DNA of 64,000 nt from Camelus ferus (lineage: Eukaryota). The notes beneath the pieces are model-generated. The model had not been told where the DNA came from, made no database searches, and saw only the letters and a program-made list of their open reading frames with translations. How positions within the stretch are numbered: the stretch's first letter is position 1; each line of letters starts with the position of its first letter. The stretch is from positions 96,164,001 through 96,228,000 of the forward strand of contig NC_045696.1 in NCBI RefSeq assembly GCF_009834535.1, written 5' to 3'. The translations under genes and the position numbers were made by a program. Shown one piece after another: positions 35,206 to 47,900 of this stretch.

Positions 35206-38200
35206 GTGACTCCTCCACGTCATCTGGTAATAGATCTCCGCAGAGAACAAGTGCTTTATAAACACTGCTGGCTCACTTATAAATGCCCCACAGGTTAAGA
35301 GAAGTGTATTCTGAAAGCCTGTTGAGAGGTCTGTGCTCTGCCTCAGGGACATATTGGATAGAAAATCTACTGGCGAGAATGAAGTGATGACTGTGGCCCA
35401 AAGGAGCAACCTGGAAGCATCCATTTAGAACTGTTTTTATGGCCCTGCCTTTTGATAAGATTTTGACCAGGACAGGAATAATCGAAAGTTTTTATTTCTT
35501 TACAAACAGCAGTTTAACTCAGCACAAAAAAATAGAGGACACTTTGCTCACAATATTTTCTTCTTCTTCAAATATACATTAGAACAATTACCATGTCATT
35601 AGTGTGGACTGAATTCTCTTTAACGAATTAGGCACCATAAAAACCGTCAGTGATTCACAGCAGTTCTACTGAAAACTGACTTTAAAGTGAGTAATAAATG
35701 TTAAAAATATTAACACACATTTTCTGTAGCCTAAAACATTCACATTATTTCCTAGGATTTAGATGATTATTTTAAATGTTTTACTAATATTTCATCTGGA
35801 AAACATGTCAACTCAAAAAATAGAAGCATCCTTGCTATTCAGATCAAGTCTATTACCCCATGCATCTTAAAATAGAGCATTTCAAGCTACTTCCTTGAGA
35901 TTTTAGAAAACATAGGACTGAGTTTAGTAAAAATACTCTCCCATTTTATTGAGGCTTAGAGAAATTAATAAATTAACTAGGATCATAGAGCATTTCATAA
36001 GTACTTGTAATGCAGTTGATAAAACAATCTACATACTAGGAAACAGACTACAGTGAAGAGCTGCACTATGACAGCTGCTTCCTGAATAGCACTGAGCCCA
36101 AAACACTCATTATTTACAAGGTTCATTTCTCATCACTCTGCTGCAGGTGAAGTTTCCAACTACAGCTGAGGAGTTGCCACTGGAAAACTATTTACATCTA
36201 AACAAAAACCAGGCACTCATTGGTAGCTTGTATGTATTCTATTTTTAACAATTACACAACTTCACAAGCTAACAGTTCTTGGAAATAATCAACAGTGGCT
36301 AGTTAGAATTTAGGTTGAAACAGAAGAGAAATTACCATATAAACCTGGTACTGTTTTGTTTTTAAAAGGTTTTATGTCTAGCTACTTGAATTTGGTTAAG
36401 TTGTGCATTTAAATTCCTCTTCTCATCAAGTGTTTCAATTATCGCCACTTCCTTAATAGCATTCCGTTATTTTCATGACTTCCTAAATGTACAATCCCTT
36501 CTACAGCCGAAGGTCAAATATAATAAAAGTAGCAAAAAACTCCCAGTAAGAAATACTGTCTTAAGCCATATATTTCATGAAGTGTTCAGTTAATGGTTCC
36601 AGTAACAGTCAAAATAAAGTTTTCATTTAAAGAACGTAAGAAACTCTAACATGTAAGAAATGCAGTCTAGAATGAGCTGCCCAAACAATATTTAATTAGA
36701 AAAGTTCTCTTCTACTTTACAGCACTGACAGAATTCACCAATGTCGGCTGCGAAGTAAATCCTAGTTTTCCCTAAAATCCCTTTTACATCACATTGAAAG
36801 CACCGCATGAGAAACCAGGTTCATCTCTAGGGAGGAGGGAGTGTGTTAAAGTGACAGAACCCTACGATGTGCTAGGCATGAGCATACAGCTTCCTGCCTA
36901 AGAGATGTCTTTTTCTTCACAGATGTCATGTCAACAGCATTTTTTTTGGTTCTAAACCTTGATTTTCTCCTTACCAGACAGCCACCTGCCCCTGGGCATA
37001 TATGTCATTTTCCCTGTACCAAAGCTCTTCCCCTATGACTGGAGTTCCTTTCCACTGATTTTTTCATGTCACTTACTCTCTCCTCCGTTTGCTTAAAATC
37101 TTCAAGGTGCTAGAATACAAAAGAATATGCAAGGAAAATGACATGCGGCACCCCTTCTCCTGTTTCCCATAGCTAAGACTAATGTGGAAGTAAAAAATGC
37201 ACTCCCTCCCCCATTAAAAAAGGACTGTACTATTATACAACAAATGCTCTTGTGCAAGGATAATTATATTAATGTCTAGAGTCTAGGCAACCTGTGTTTA
37301 ACGTTAAGTTCATCCAAACTGCTTTCCATTTGGGTGATACTATGAATGTGAGCCCAGAAGTTCCTTACGTTTGGGATTTCCAGATGCATTCAATGATAAG
37401 GTTCAAATAATTCACAAACTTGTTTACATTTTGGCTTTGATGAGCTCATGTTCTCACTGTAATGGAGGATTCTGAATGCCTTGGAAATTGAGGACATGAA
37501 GGGAAACCTAATTATTTAACAGAAATCAGAAGAGCCTTCCCCAATCTTATAGTGCCAGGAGCATCCATTAGCATAAAGTTCCCAAAAGCAACGCTGTACC
37601 ACAAACAGAAGCAGGAGAAAGGAGGAACTGAAAGAAGACGGAGAAAGGTGGCAGCAAAGCCAAGGGCACCTGTCTACACCACCAAGTAGAACCTAGGCCA
37701 GTGGCGCAGGAACTCCTGTAATTAAATTCAAGGCACAGACGTCAATCAAATGTGTCCTTTAATCAGAACTAGTCAGACTCATGCAGGACAGGCCACTCTT
37801 GCCTTTGTCTCCAATCCTCAGGGACGCAAGGCCCTGTTCCAGGCCCTCTCGTTATTCCCTGAAAAGGGAGGAGACTCTTCTAAATCAGAAGTGTTCCCAT
37901 ATTGTTTTATTCATGAGGTGAATTTTTATCCAAACAAAATCTTACAGAGAACACTAACACATCAGACAGATGGAAACAGAAACAGTCTGGATGAGGCTGG
38001 GCAAAGATTCTATCTGCCTCCCTGGAAAGCCCTTGAGCCCAACGCAGAAACAAGCCAAGAACAGTCTGAGACCACTCCTTATGGGGGGTGATGCTCTTAA
38101 ATGAAGCACCCATATACTCCCACTTCCCTAGAGAGAAGGAATCCCTACTACACTGTAAAAACACCATCACTAGTTTGAGGGAAGACGAGGGACAGGAGGG

Positions 38201-38524
38201 GAAGGAGACCACAAGTGGCATTTGAGGAGATGAGAATAAAGACTCAGAAGTGTTTTCATGATATAAGATACAAGCACAAGGGCAAAATCAAAAACCAGAA
38301 GATAATGATGCTCAAAGATGAGAAATCAGCCCATGGTACTTCTGCTTTTTGAAAATTTCTCAGAAACTACATGCCTATGCTCTGAAAAATAAACTGTAAG
38401 ATTTTCTAACTCTTTACCTTTACAATGTTAGATCTACTTTTAGTTTCTGTCATCAATATTCAGGCTAAAGTCTCAAAATACAGCCTCATACATTATATTC
38501 CACAAGTATCTCCCCTTCCTTGAT

Positions 38525-39140
38525 TCCTTCATTCGTTCAACAAGGATTTGTTGAGGATTTCCACTGCGCTAGGCACTCATCCAGGGGCTGCAGAGACAGC
38601 CGTGAATGAGACAATGTACCGGACTTCAGGGGTTGATAATCCTTGGGAAGGAACCGCCCAGCAGAATGGGGGCAGGACGTGAGGGGGCGTGTCATGTGAT
38701 GAGGTGACCAGGAGCAGTCACAATGAAGGGGGATCAGAACAGCGGACCTGAAGAACACGAGGAGGACACAGGGAGGAAGAGCATTCGCAGAGGTTCCAAG
38801 ATGGGTTGGACGTGTTGAAGCGGGAGGAGGTGGAGCGAGGCCAGTGCAGCTGCGCCGGTCGGAGTGGGGCTGAGACAGAGGAAGTGCAGTGACGGAACTG
38901 GGCAGCAGCCAGCCAGGTCACAGAGAGCCTCGCAGGCCAGGATCAAAATCTGGATCAAAATCTTCCCTATGTGGGTGCGAGCAACGGCATGCCAAGACAC
39001 GGCATGTGTGAGATTAGAGGTCCGTCTGCAGTGGCCGCAAAGAGGACGACAGGGGTTGGAGGAGGAGGCGAGTGAAGGCAAAGAGGCCGGAGAGGAGACT
39101 CCAGCTTCCCAGGAATATTATGACCAGGAAAAAGCTTTTA
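38525..39140 (-). mobile_element. L2 LINE 3' portion (unusually CpG-rich)
   Basis: Begins with antisense L2 terminus 'ttcattcgttcaacaaggatttgttgag...ctaggcact'. Confidence 0.7.
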
Positions 39141-39809
39141 AATGTACAAATTCAGCTGCAATTTGAGGAGCAACAATTTCAGGGACAAGGCACTTCACAG
39201 AATATAAGTGAGTAACTCTCTGTCCTGGGCTCTGTGCACTTCACACAATGACAAACCAGCTAATGAGCTCAGGTTTGAATTTCTGAGAGACGGGCCATAA
39301 GAAGTCTTCAGTAAAGGCGCTTAGGCACTTTCTTCTTTACCATCTGACAAAACTCACTCCTACCGCCCTCGCTTCTTCAATTTACAGGGCAGGATGTCCA
39401 ATAATTATTTAGCTTTATGCTAAGTGAGCACATACTCTTCTGATTCCCCACCAGGCAAGTGTTTACAAAATAATGGAAACAATTACAGCAGTGGTATTGA
39501 AGACCAACCTCAAAACACAACCTTCAAAGTGCTGAGGGGAATGTCGGAGGGAGCGAGGAAATAAAGAGTGTGAGATGTTTGCAATGAAGAGGAAAATAAG
39601 AATCCAAATATCCGTTCATAGGAAATGATTACATCACGATTCTTTCCTCCAACGGAATGGTGTGCAACTGTTTAAAAAAAAATGTAGAGCTTTAAGAGCT
39701 GACACGGAAAAGTCACCTGGATAAACTGCTGAGTGGGTGAGGGTTGGGAGCAGTGGCAGGAGATCCAACCACTGCCCGCAGTTCTCTGCCATTCTAGTAT
39801 CTAATCACT

Positions 39810-40040
39810 GCTAACATTTACTAAGGGCTCTCCACACCTGAGAGACTGCACTGACGCTCTGTGAGTAATGGGTGTTATCTCACTGAATTCTTACAACAAT
39901 CCGATGGGATACAGAGAGTTATTCCCATTTCACAGATGAGTTAAGTATTTTAGCCAGACTCAAACAGCTGATAAGCGAGGGAGGCAGGATTTGAATCCAA
40001 GAATTTCAACCCTGCAGCCCACATTCTTAGCCTCCACATT
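39810..40040 (-). mobile_element. MIR SINE
   Basis: 'ttattcccatttcacagatgag...ggcaggatttgaatccaag'. Confidence 0.7.
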
Positions 40041-40794
40041 ACTCATCTCTCAGAGACAACTCCTTATTCACTAAGTGTATTAAATCAATTCACTTTTGGA
40101 TTCTTTCTTTTAAACGAAATTACAGGAAACAAACAAACAGAAAGTCCACTTAGTGTTCTGGGAAATAATTTTAGGGAAAATTAAATTAGTGAGGAAACAT
40201 GAAAAGCTCGTGACATTTTGGAAAGTTGACATGACCCAAATTGGCATTAAACTCAAGATCAAAGTACAAGGTGACTTCACAAACAAATATTATTTAAAGG
40301 CTCAGTGACCTATGATAATTCTTTCAGCCCCCACAACGTTAGTAGATCGTGAACACCACATTTATACATTTCCTCCTGGGTCCAGGTGTATGTGAATGTT
40401 CAGCACAGAGAATGTAATGTTGTCCAGTTTAAAATTAAGTGAGTGCCCATCATTTTAAGGTAAGTTGGGATGATTCCAATTACCATTTTAGTAGCTGTCT
40501 CTTATGCTGATAACAAAGTAATGAGAGCTATTTCAAGGTACAGCTGAGGACTAGCCTAATAATTAAAGGGTGCTGGGCCACCCTAAATGCTTAAGACCTG
40601 TGCACACTACTGAGTTGTTGACCCATCTCTGCACCCACCTCACCTACTCCCCACCCCTCAGCCTCAGTGCATTCACGCAGGGGTCTCCTCTCCTCCCCCA
40701 CCACCCAACAGTAATTCACAGCAGTGTTTTCCAATCATCTGAGAAGACCAGCAGAAGGTACATGTTTGAGACAGAACTATAACATTTCCCTGCC

Positions 40795-41010
40795 TCAACT
40801 CAAATCCTTCCCAGCTGTGTGACCTTGGGCAAGATGCTTAACCACTCTGTGCCTCACTGTCCTTGTTAAATTGGGGTACATTAACAACACTTATCTCATA
40901 TACTAGCTATCAGGTTTTAATGAGATAATACAAATAAGGAATTTAGACACAACAGTATCTGGCATGTTATAAAAAGTCAATAAACGTCAGGCATAACTAT
41001 TATTGCTACT
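40795..41010 (+). mobile_element. MIR SINE
   Basis: 'agctgtgtgaccttgggcaagatgcttaaccactctgtgcctca'. Confidence 0.75.
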
Positions 41011-41750
41011 GTTATTAACCTAGTGCATAACTAGGAGGCACAAACTCCCTTCGAGTGTTAAAGTCACCAAGTGACTTCTTTTACTTTATTTTGTCATTTA
41101 TAAGAAACTGTTTACCCAAAGATAAATTTCTCAATCTTTTTTCCTTCTTTTCACTAATCTGTATTTTCTAATTTGCCCACATATTCATTAGCAAATTGTT
41201 TTAAAATTTAGTTCTTTAAAGTAAATGGAGTTCACTAAAAATTAAAGCGTATTAACTACAAAACTTAAGTTGTTTAAAGTAAAGGGAATTCACTAAAATC
41301 CCTTCCCCTCCTTCTGGCTGGGTGGGGGGCCACCAGAGCCTCCACCACATCAAGTCTGGCTGAGTGAGCATGGGTCAGGACCACCTGGCAGGCACCATGC
41401 TGACATTAATCACAGGGCCTAGATTAACGTCTGGAGAGATCTCAGAGCACGAGCTGGCCACAAAAAAAGCCGGGGACAAAGCACAGGCCAAGGCTACACA
41501 TGCTACTAGGGGTGACAAATCACCAAATTCTCAAAACAGAATAATCACAGGTGTGTGACTTACTCTAATAAGTCTAACAGGGTATATTCTGAAAACTAAA
41601 ATGCTTAGTTTATATCATAGTACTTAACCAGGGGTTCCCAAACCCCCCACTATTGTATAAAATGTGTTTGTACACTTTTCTAGCTTTCTGGCTTTCATCA
41701 AATTCTGAAAGGTCTTCACAACCTAAAGCTGCTACAAACTGTTGGTTTAA

Positions 41751-41911
41751 TAGTGATTCTCAACTTTAACATGCTCGTTAAAACACAAATCCCTGAGCCC
41801 ACTGCCAGGGGTAAGGGTCTGGGGTAATCCTGGAGAACTTGCATTTTTAGCAAGTTCTTAAAGATGCTGGTGCTGTGGTCCAGTTCCAGGAACCACACTT
41901 TGAGACCCCTG
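41751..41911 (-). mobile_element. MER5A hAT-Charlie MITE
   Basis: tagtgattctcaa ... 'ttgcatttttagcaagttc' ... accacactttgagacccctg. Confidence 0.7.
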
Positions 41912-44900
41912 GCTTTACAGAATTATGTGGGCATTGTGGCTTTATCCTTTAGATAAGCAACCGACCTCCCTAATAGAAGTAATGTAAGAAAATGAAGGGC
42001 TATTTCCTCATTACACACCGGTGAGTTACGTAACAAGTGGTGGCCATCTAGTTTGGCTTCCTCCTCACCAATCCTCCCGCCCCCCACAATTCTAGATAGC
42101 CTAAACTTGACTATCAGTTGAATTCAATTTGGCAAACGTTTATTAAACGCTTTGAATCCAGTTAGGTAGATTAGAACCTAGCTTCGATATTAGCATAACA
42201 CAGTGCTGACAATATACCTCCGCCACCGCCACCACCTTCACCTTTTTTTTGGAGGGGCAGGATGGTGTCCCCAACATTCACACATGCGAGACACCTCTCT
42301 AATCTCTCTCATACACGGGTATTTTCAAATGAGGATGAGGAAGCGTATGATACAGTTTAGAAAATTTTACCTCTCTCCTGTTTCAGAATTAAATGCATAA
42401 ACCACACTGGCTCTGAAGATCAGGATGCTCCCCACCCCCCGGAGAATCAAGGCCAGTAGCATCCAATCATTAAACACAGAGGGGTCACGAGTCCACGCTT
42501 GATGTGCAACACACAGAATGAACGGGGCCAGAAACATCCATGACCTAAAAGAACTCGGTCTGGGCAGATGGAAAGCCGAAGTCCAGCATAACGGATGTGA
42601 TGCCCTCAGCATAAAGTTACCTAACAAGCTTGCTTGCAGATGTCTTAGTTTTAGTCTAATTTAGTGTGAGTACAGCTACAGCAGGAATGGTATTCTGAAC
42701 AGGGAAAAACGACCACAGTCATTTACACAAATCAGGAGTTTATTGCTTTTTCAAGATTAGGTCTTAACACCTACACACCCTGGAAAATGTTCATCAGTAC
42801 TGGGTTGTGCTTAGGTAAACTGTCACTAAAACACAGGTTTAAATATATATATAAATAGAGCTAGGTTAATAAGGAAGTAAGAGGTGAACATAAGTCCATT
42901 ATATGTTCTGGAAGCAGCGACTCTTACACAAACAATTTGATGAGGCTAGGTAACGTGACGTTTGGCTCCTTTCTCCAATTTCAAACCACCATGTCCATCA
43001 ATTTGAATAGCCTTCCTTCTTTTTATAATCGAAACACACCCGTGCTCTGTTACTCCATCCCAATCAATAGCCTCTCCAGCCACACCCACCTCTCCATCCA
43101 CACAGCGAGGACCCACTGTACCCCCAGCAGTGAGGTGAACACTGTAGTCGCCCCAGAGCTCTCCCTTTAGCGTGCTTACAAATCTGAAATATTTATCACA
43201 TAACAAAAAAGGGATTAGGTTCCAAATAACTCAGAATTAAATACAGGGATTATAGAAGGGAGAGAACAGGATGGATTAACACAGAGACGTCATGAAGGAA
43301 TCAGAATTAGAACAGAGAATAAACAGAGCAGAAAAAGAATGCACTGGGGATTAAACTACAAACCAGGGGAACTCATAGCTTTTGTTTGGAAAAGTAATGA
43401 GCTCTTTAAGTGGCTGATGAAAGACTCCTCCTAAAGATTAGAGCAGAGTGTTTATACACAATACATGCTAAACTGACTCATAGTAGCTGCCAGTCCTACA
43501 TTGCAGCAGCATTCACTACAAAGAGGGACAAAGGCAAAGCCTTTCTATCTTGAGGCTCATTGTAAGGTTTTAAATAGGTCCTGGGCTTTCAAAAGATTTG
43601 GAGGTGTTCAAAATTTCTATTCTGACTATCCAGAATGTATCTACTGTAGGGTGAAAATATGTCCCAATACGCCCAGGACAGACCAGGTTCACTCTTGGAG
43701 CCCCAAGTATAGTGATAACTCACATCCCGTTCTGCTCTCAAAAGTGCCCCAGTTTGAATAATAAATTACCAGGTCACCCTACCTAAATCTGTTTTGGTTA
43801 AACCTCTGGCAAGTGAAATCTCTTCAAAAGTACTTCCTGGAGCAATGTACCTCTGATCAAAAGGTTCCTCTTCGATCTTAAAGGTGAGATGAAAAGTACA
43901 TCACAGTTCCAAAAGGGGTGCCTATTTCTGAAGGAAAGCCAGACATTCACAGCGCAGCACAGAGAGCACCATCCTCCAAGCGAGCTGTGCGCTCCCAGTG
44001 CTGCAGTACCATCATCCACGGAGAACAAAAGGAGCTCACCTCCTCGGGTGAGCCCTGCCTTCCACACCAATTCATTCTAAAGCACTACCAATAATAAATA
44101 CATGTAATTATGGATTTAATATATACATGGATACATGTATCGGAGTTAAGGAAATAAGTTATCCTCACCAAAAAATTTAACTTTTAACTAGAATACACAC
44201 ATGCATACACCAAATAAACCTACAAAATAGGAAGGCACTGTCATTCAAAGAAAAGACAAATATTTAAACGTTTTAGTGGTGACATTAGGTATTGACTCCG
44301 TGAAGCTCTCCAGCCCACATGCGTACCTGCAGGCTGGATAACTGGACTGACCCGATGGCTCTCTCTGTTCCAGGCCCAGCGCAGGAATGCCTAAATGGTG
44401 TAATTGGTATTCCAATGATCACAAAAGGGGACACAACGGAATTCAGCACTGAAAGTCAAGTTACTAGACAGTCTAGATTTCACGGAGTCTAGTCTTCAAC
44501 ATTCTAGCCTCCAGACATCTGATTCGGAAAGAAGGGGCTGAGGAGCTTAGGGGTGAAGAGGTAAACCCCGACCTCCTGGTCCAGTGCCCAACACTCAGGC
44601 CTCACACCAACAGACCAGCATTGGCAAAGGAGGCTTCTAAAGCCAGAAAGGAAACCCAGTTTTGAATTAATTGGCTATCTCACTGGTGTTTTGCATGTCC
44701 CAATACTGTAATTTCCCAAAGGAAAGGGACCAAATGCAATTAGCAAGATTCTCCTTGTTCCCTATTATCTCCATCTTGACTTCAAAATGTGTCAAGTTGT
44801 TGGTTTTGAGTTACTAAAACATTTACGAAGTCTACAACTACAACCTGTGGAGCAGACTTGTTCTAGAACCAAAGTGTTCTAAACTGACACACTTTTCAAA

Positions 44901-47900
44901 CTGTATTCCTTAGCCACAAAGGGTTGTAGGCATATCTTGGGGGCAACAAGGTAGAGACTGAGCAGGTAGGCTAACTCCTGCCTGCATCTCCACCGCATTC
45001 AAAGGTACGTGTTCATCTGTCTTATCCACTAGGGTTCTATTTAAGATTTCAATACAAAAAAAAAAAAAAAAATGGGTTCCACGCTTTGCCCCTCAAAACA
45101 AACAGCACACACACACAGTTTTAGAACATGTTGCTAGAATCAGAGTCTGAACAAACGTTTTAGAAATATACAAGAACTGCCAAAAAAAAACCCCAAAAAC
45201 CTTAAAGTTTTAAGGAGGAAAGGATCTTAGATAATTTTTAGCACAATCTGCTCATTAAAACTGAGGAATTAACTGAGCCCTTGAGCACAGAGTAAAAAGC
45301 ATATCCTCACACTATCAGCACCATCCCCTCTCTGTCCACCCCTTCCTCAAAGTCCCCCAAACCCTACCACTGACACCAAGTGTTCAGATCCTGTCCGCAC
45401 CACCTCTAAGTGACACTGCAACCATGGCATGCAAGGTGGATGCTCCAGGAATCAGAATGCTAGAGTCTGTTTCTGAGATATGATGCCCACGGCGGGGGAC
45501 AGAATACAATCACAGTATCTGAATTTGGAGAAATCAGTAGAAATAACACTGCTATGTATTGGCTATACTGGCTGCCACAAGTGACGTGCATTCCATGTGC
45601 ACGAGTTCACCTACGGCACACAGCCACCAGTCAGGGAGGTACCCTTATCAGCACCACTTCCCAGGCGGCATGGGTGAAGCCTGGAGAAGAACAGCACAGA
45701 CACCCCTGACCCCGCTCCTGCCGCACCCGCCCCAGCCCGCAGCAGGCAGAGACAGAGACCTGCTCTCAAGGACCCTAAAAGTGCACATGCACCAGCTCTG
45801 GCGATTTTGTAGCCACTCTCGGAGCAGCTCGGAGAGTGACGATTCTCATGCTCCAGCTGCCAGGGGTACCCTGGATTTAACAGGGGCCAATCAGGCTGTA
45901 CTTCGTTAATCAGTCTTTGTCTTTGCCTCCTTCAAGACAAGAAATTTTCCTCACCTGGTTTATATGTGGTGCCCAACAAAGTTCAAGAAAGCAGTGAAAC
46001 CGTATTAGAAATAACTGAGAGGGTCTGGAGGATTGGATTATGTCTCTGAGTTAGTTACCCGTAGCCTCCAGATCTTTCTGATCCATCACAGGGTAGCCTT
46101 AAGTACTATACAAACTTGATTTTGTGCCTCTGAATGAAAATGAAACCCAGCAGTTGACCCAGAGATGCCTCAGAGCCTCACGAGACCCACAGCCTGGAGC
46201 GGGATGGTGTCTGGGTCTGAGCCTTCACTATTTTATTCTGTAAAAAATAGACCTTCATGCCAGAAAAACTGGACTTAAGGCCAAAATATACCAATTCTTA
46301 TGTTGGCTGCATACAAAACACCTAAAGCGATTAGAAATGATTGGTGGGAAAAGAAACAGCAAGTATTAATTACCATTCAAATGCTGTTGTACGAGGTAGG
46401 AAACTTGTAATATAGAAATTTCTGTGAATCTCACCTGCACCAAATGGTTTGGAGACACTTGGATGGAAGACAGTCTGAACACAGGCCAGAGGAAAATTAT
46501 GACAAAGTATAGATCTATAAATACCATATTTAAGCTCCATTTCAAAATCATGTTTTCTCCAAGTAATCATTCCCTATGAGAGATAATAAGAACCTCCCTA
46601 CAATGCAAGTCTCCTTCAAGTCTTGTTTAGTTCTCCCTCAAGGAAATAACACTTATGAAAGGCAACATTAATTCTGCTTTTCTCCATGCTGGGCACTCAC
46701 AAAAACATTTTGAAGTAAATATTAACACTGCCTTTGTATGGGTCATCCCAGGAAGAGACTGCTGAGGCACAGAGAGGTTAAGTAATGTGCTCAAGGATTC
46801 ACGGCCAGCATGAGCTGAGCCAGCTACAGCTCGGGCAATCTACTCTGGAGACCTCACTCTCAATCAGAGATACTGCCTCTCACATCCTCCCCACAACCAC
46901 ATGATGAGAAATGTTACAGATGCCTAAAAGATAAATATGCAGCGACAAGATCCTATAAATATTTTGACTAACTACAACATACCAATTAGCATTCAGTTAT
47001 AAAAAAAAAAAAAAGAAAAAGGATTAAACTGAAGTTGTGAAACAGAGAATCTACAACAAGATGCTTTCCAGGCAAGATCACTTAGAAACCCTTCCACATG
47101 GTAACTTAACAGATCGAAAATGCCCACAATCTCTCATAATCATCTCTCTTTTTAAAACCACATCATTTCTTCTTTTTCAGAAGCAGCTGTATCATATGCT
47201 GCTTTTTTTTTTTTTTTTTAAACAAAGCCCTTCTAACAGAGTGGTAAGCATCCGAACTCCTGGCAAAACAGCACATACTTCATACGTGGAGTTGATAAGT
47301 GATATTTGGTTTGGCAAATGGCAAGAGATTATTTAGCAAATTCAAACATTACTTTTTTTTTCTTTCCTACGGCCCATTAAAAAAAAAAAAAAACCTCTGT
47401 TATTTCCCACAAAAAAACAGAATAGGTTAATAACCAGTCAGCTGAACTAACAAAATATTTACAAAATATTCTGCTCATATGAGCTCTTGTTCTCCTTACC
47501 TAAGGAAAAACAAACGTTCCCTGCCTTTACTATTATTTTGCTTCATCTCCTAGGCCTTTAATAAGAGACTCATCTAGACATCGCTAAATAATGCCATTAG
47601 CATAATAAGCTTCAGTCTTTCCTGCAGGGCAACAGGCTGATGTGACTTCTGGCAATGGAGGTACTTTTGGACCATACAGTTTGTCTAACATTAGGAAGCA
47701 GAACCCTAACCACTTTGCAAGCTGACCACAGTGAAGAGAGAGCATGATGCACTCACACCCTCTGTGGGGACTGAGTGGAAGGAGGGATGGAACGGGGGGG
47801 AGGGGGGGATGGACCCGGCTTCCCCACCACGGGGCCCAGGGACGTGAAAGTCCAGATGAAGCACTCCGTCAGGTGCACTGTAAAGGCTTCCAGGCTCCTG

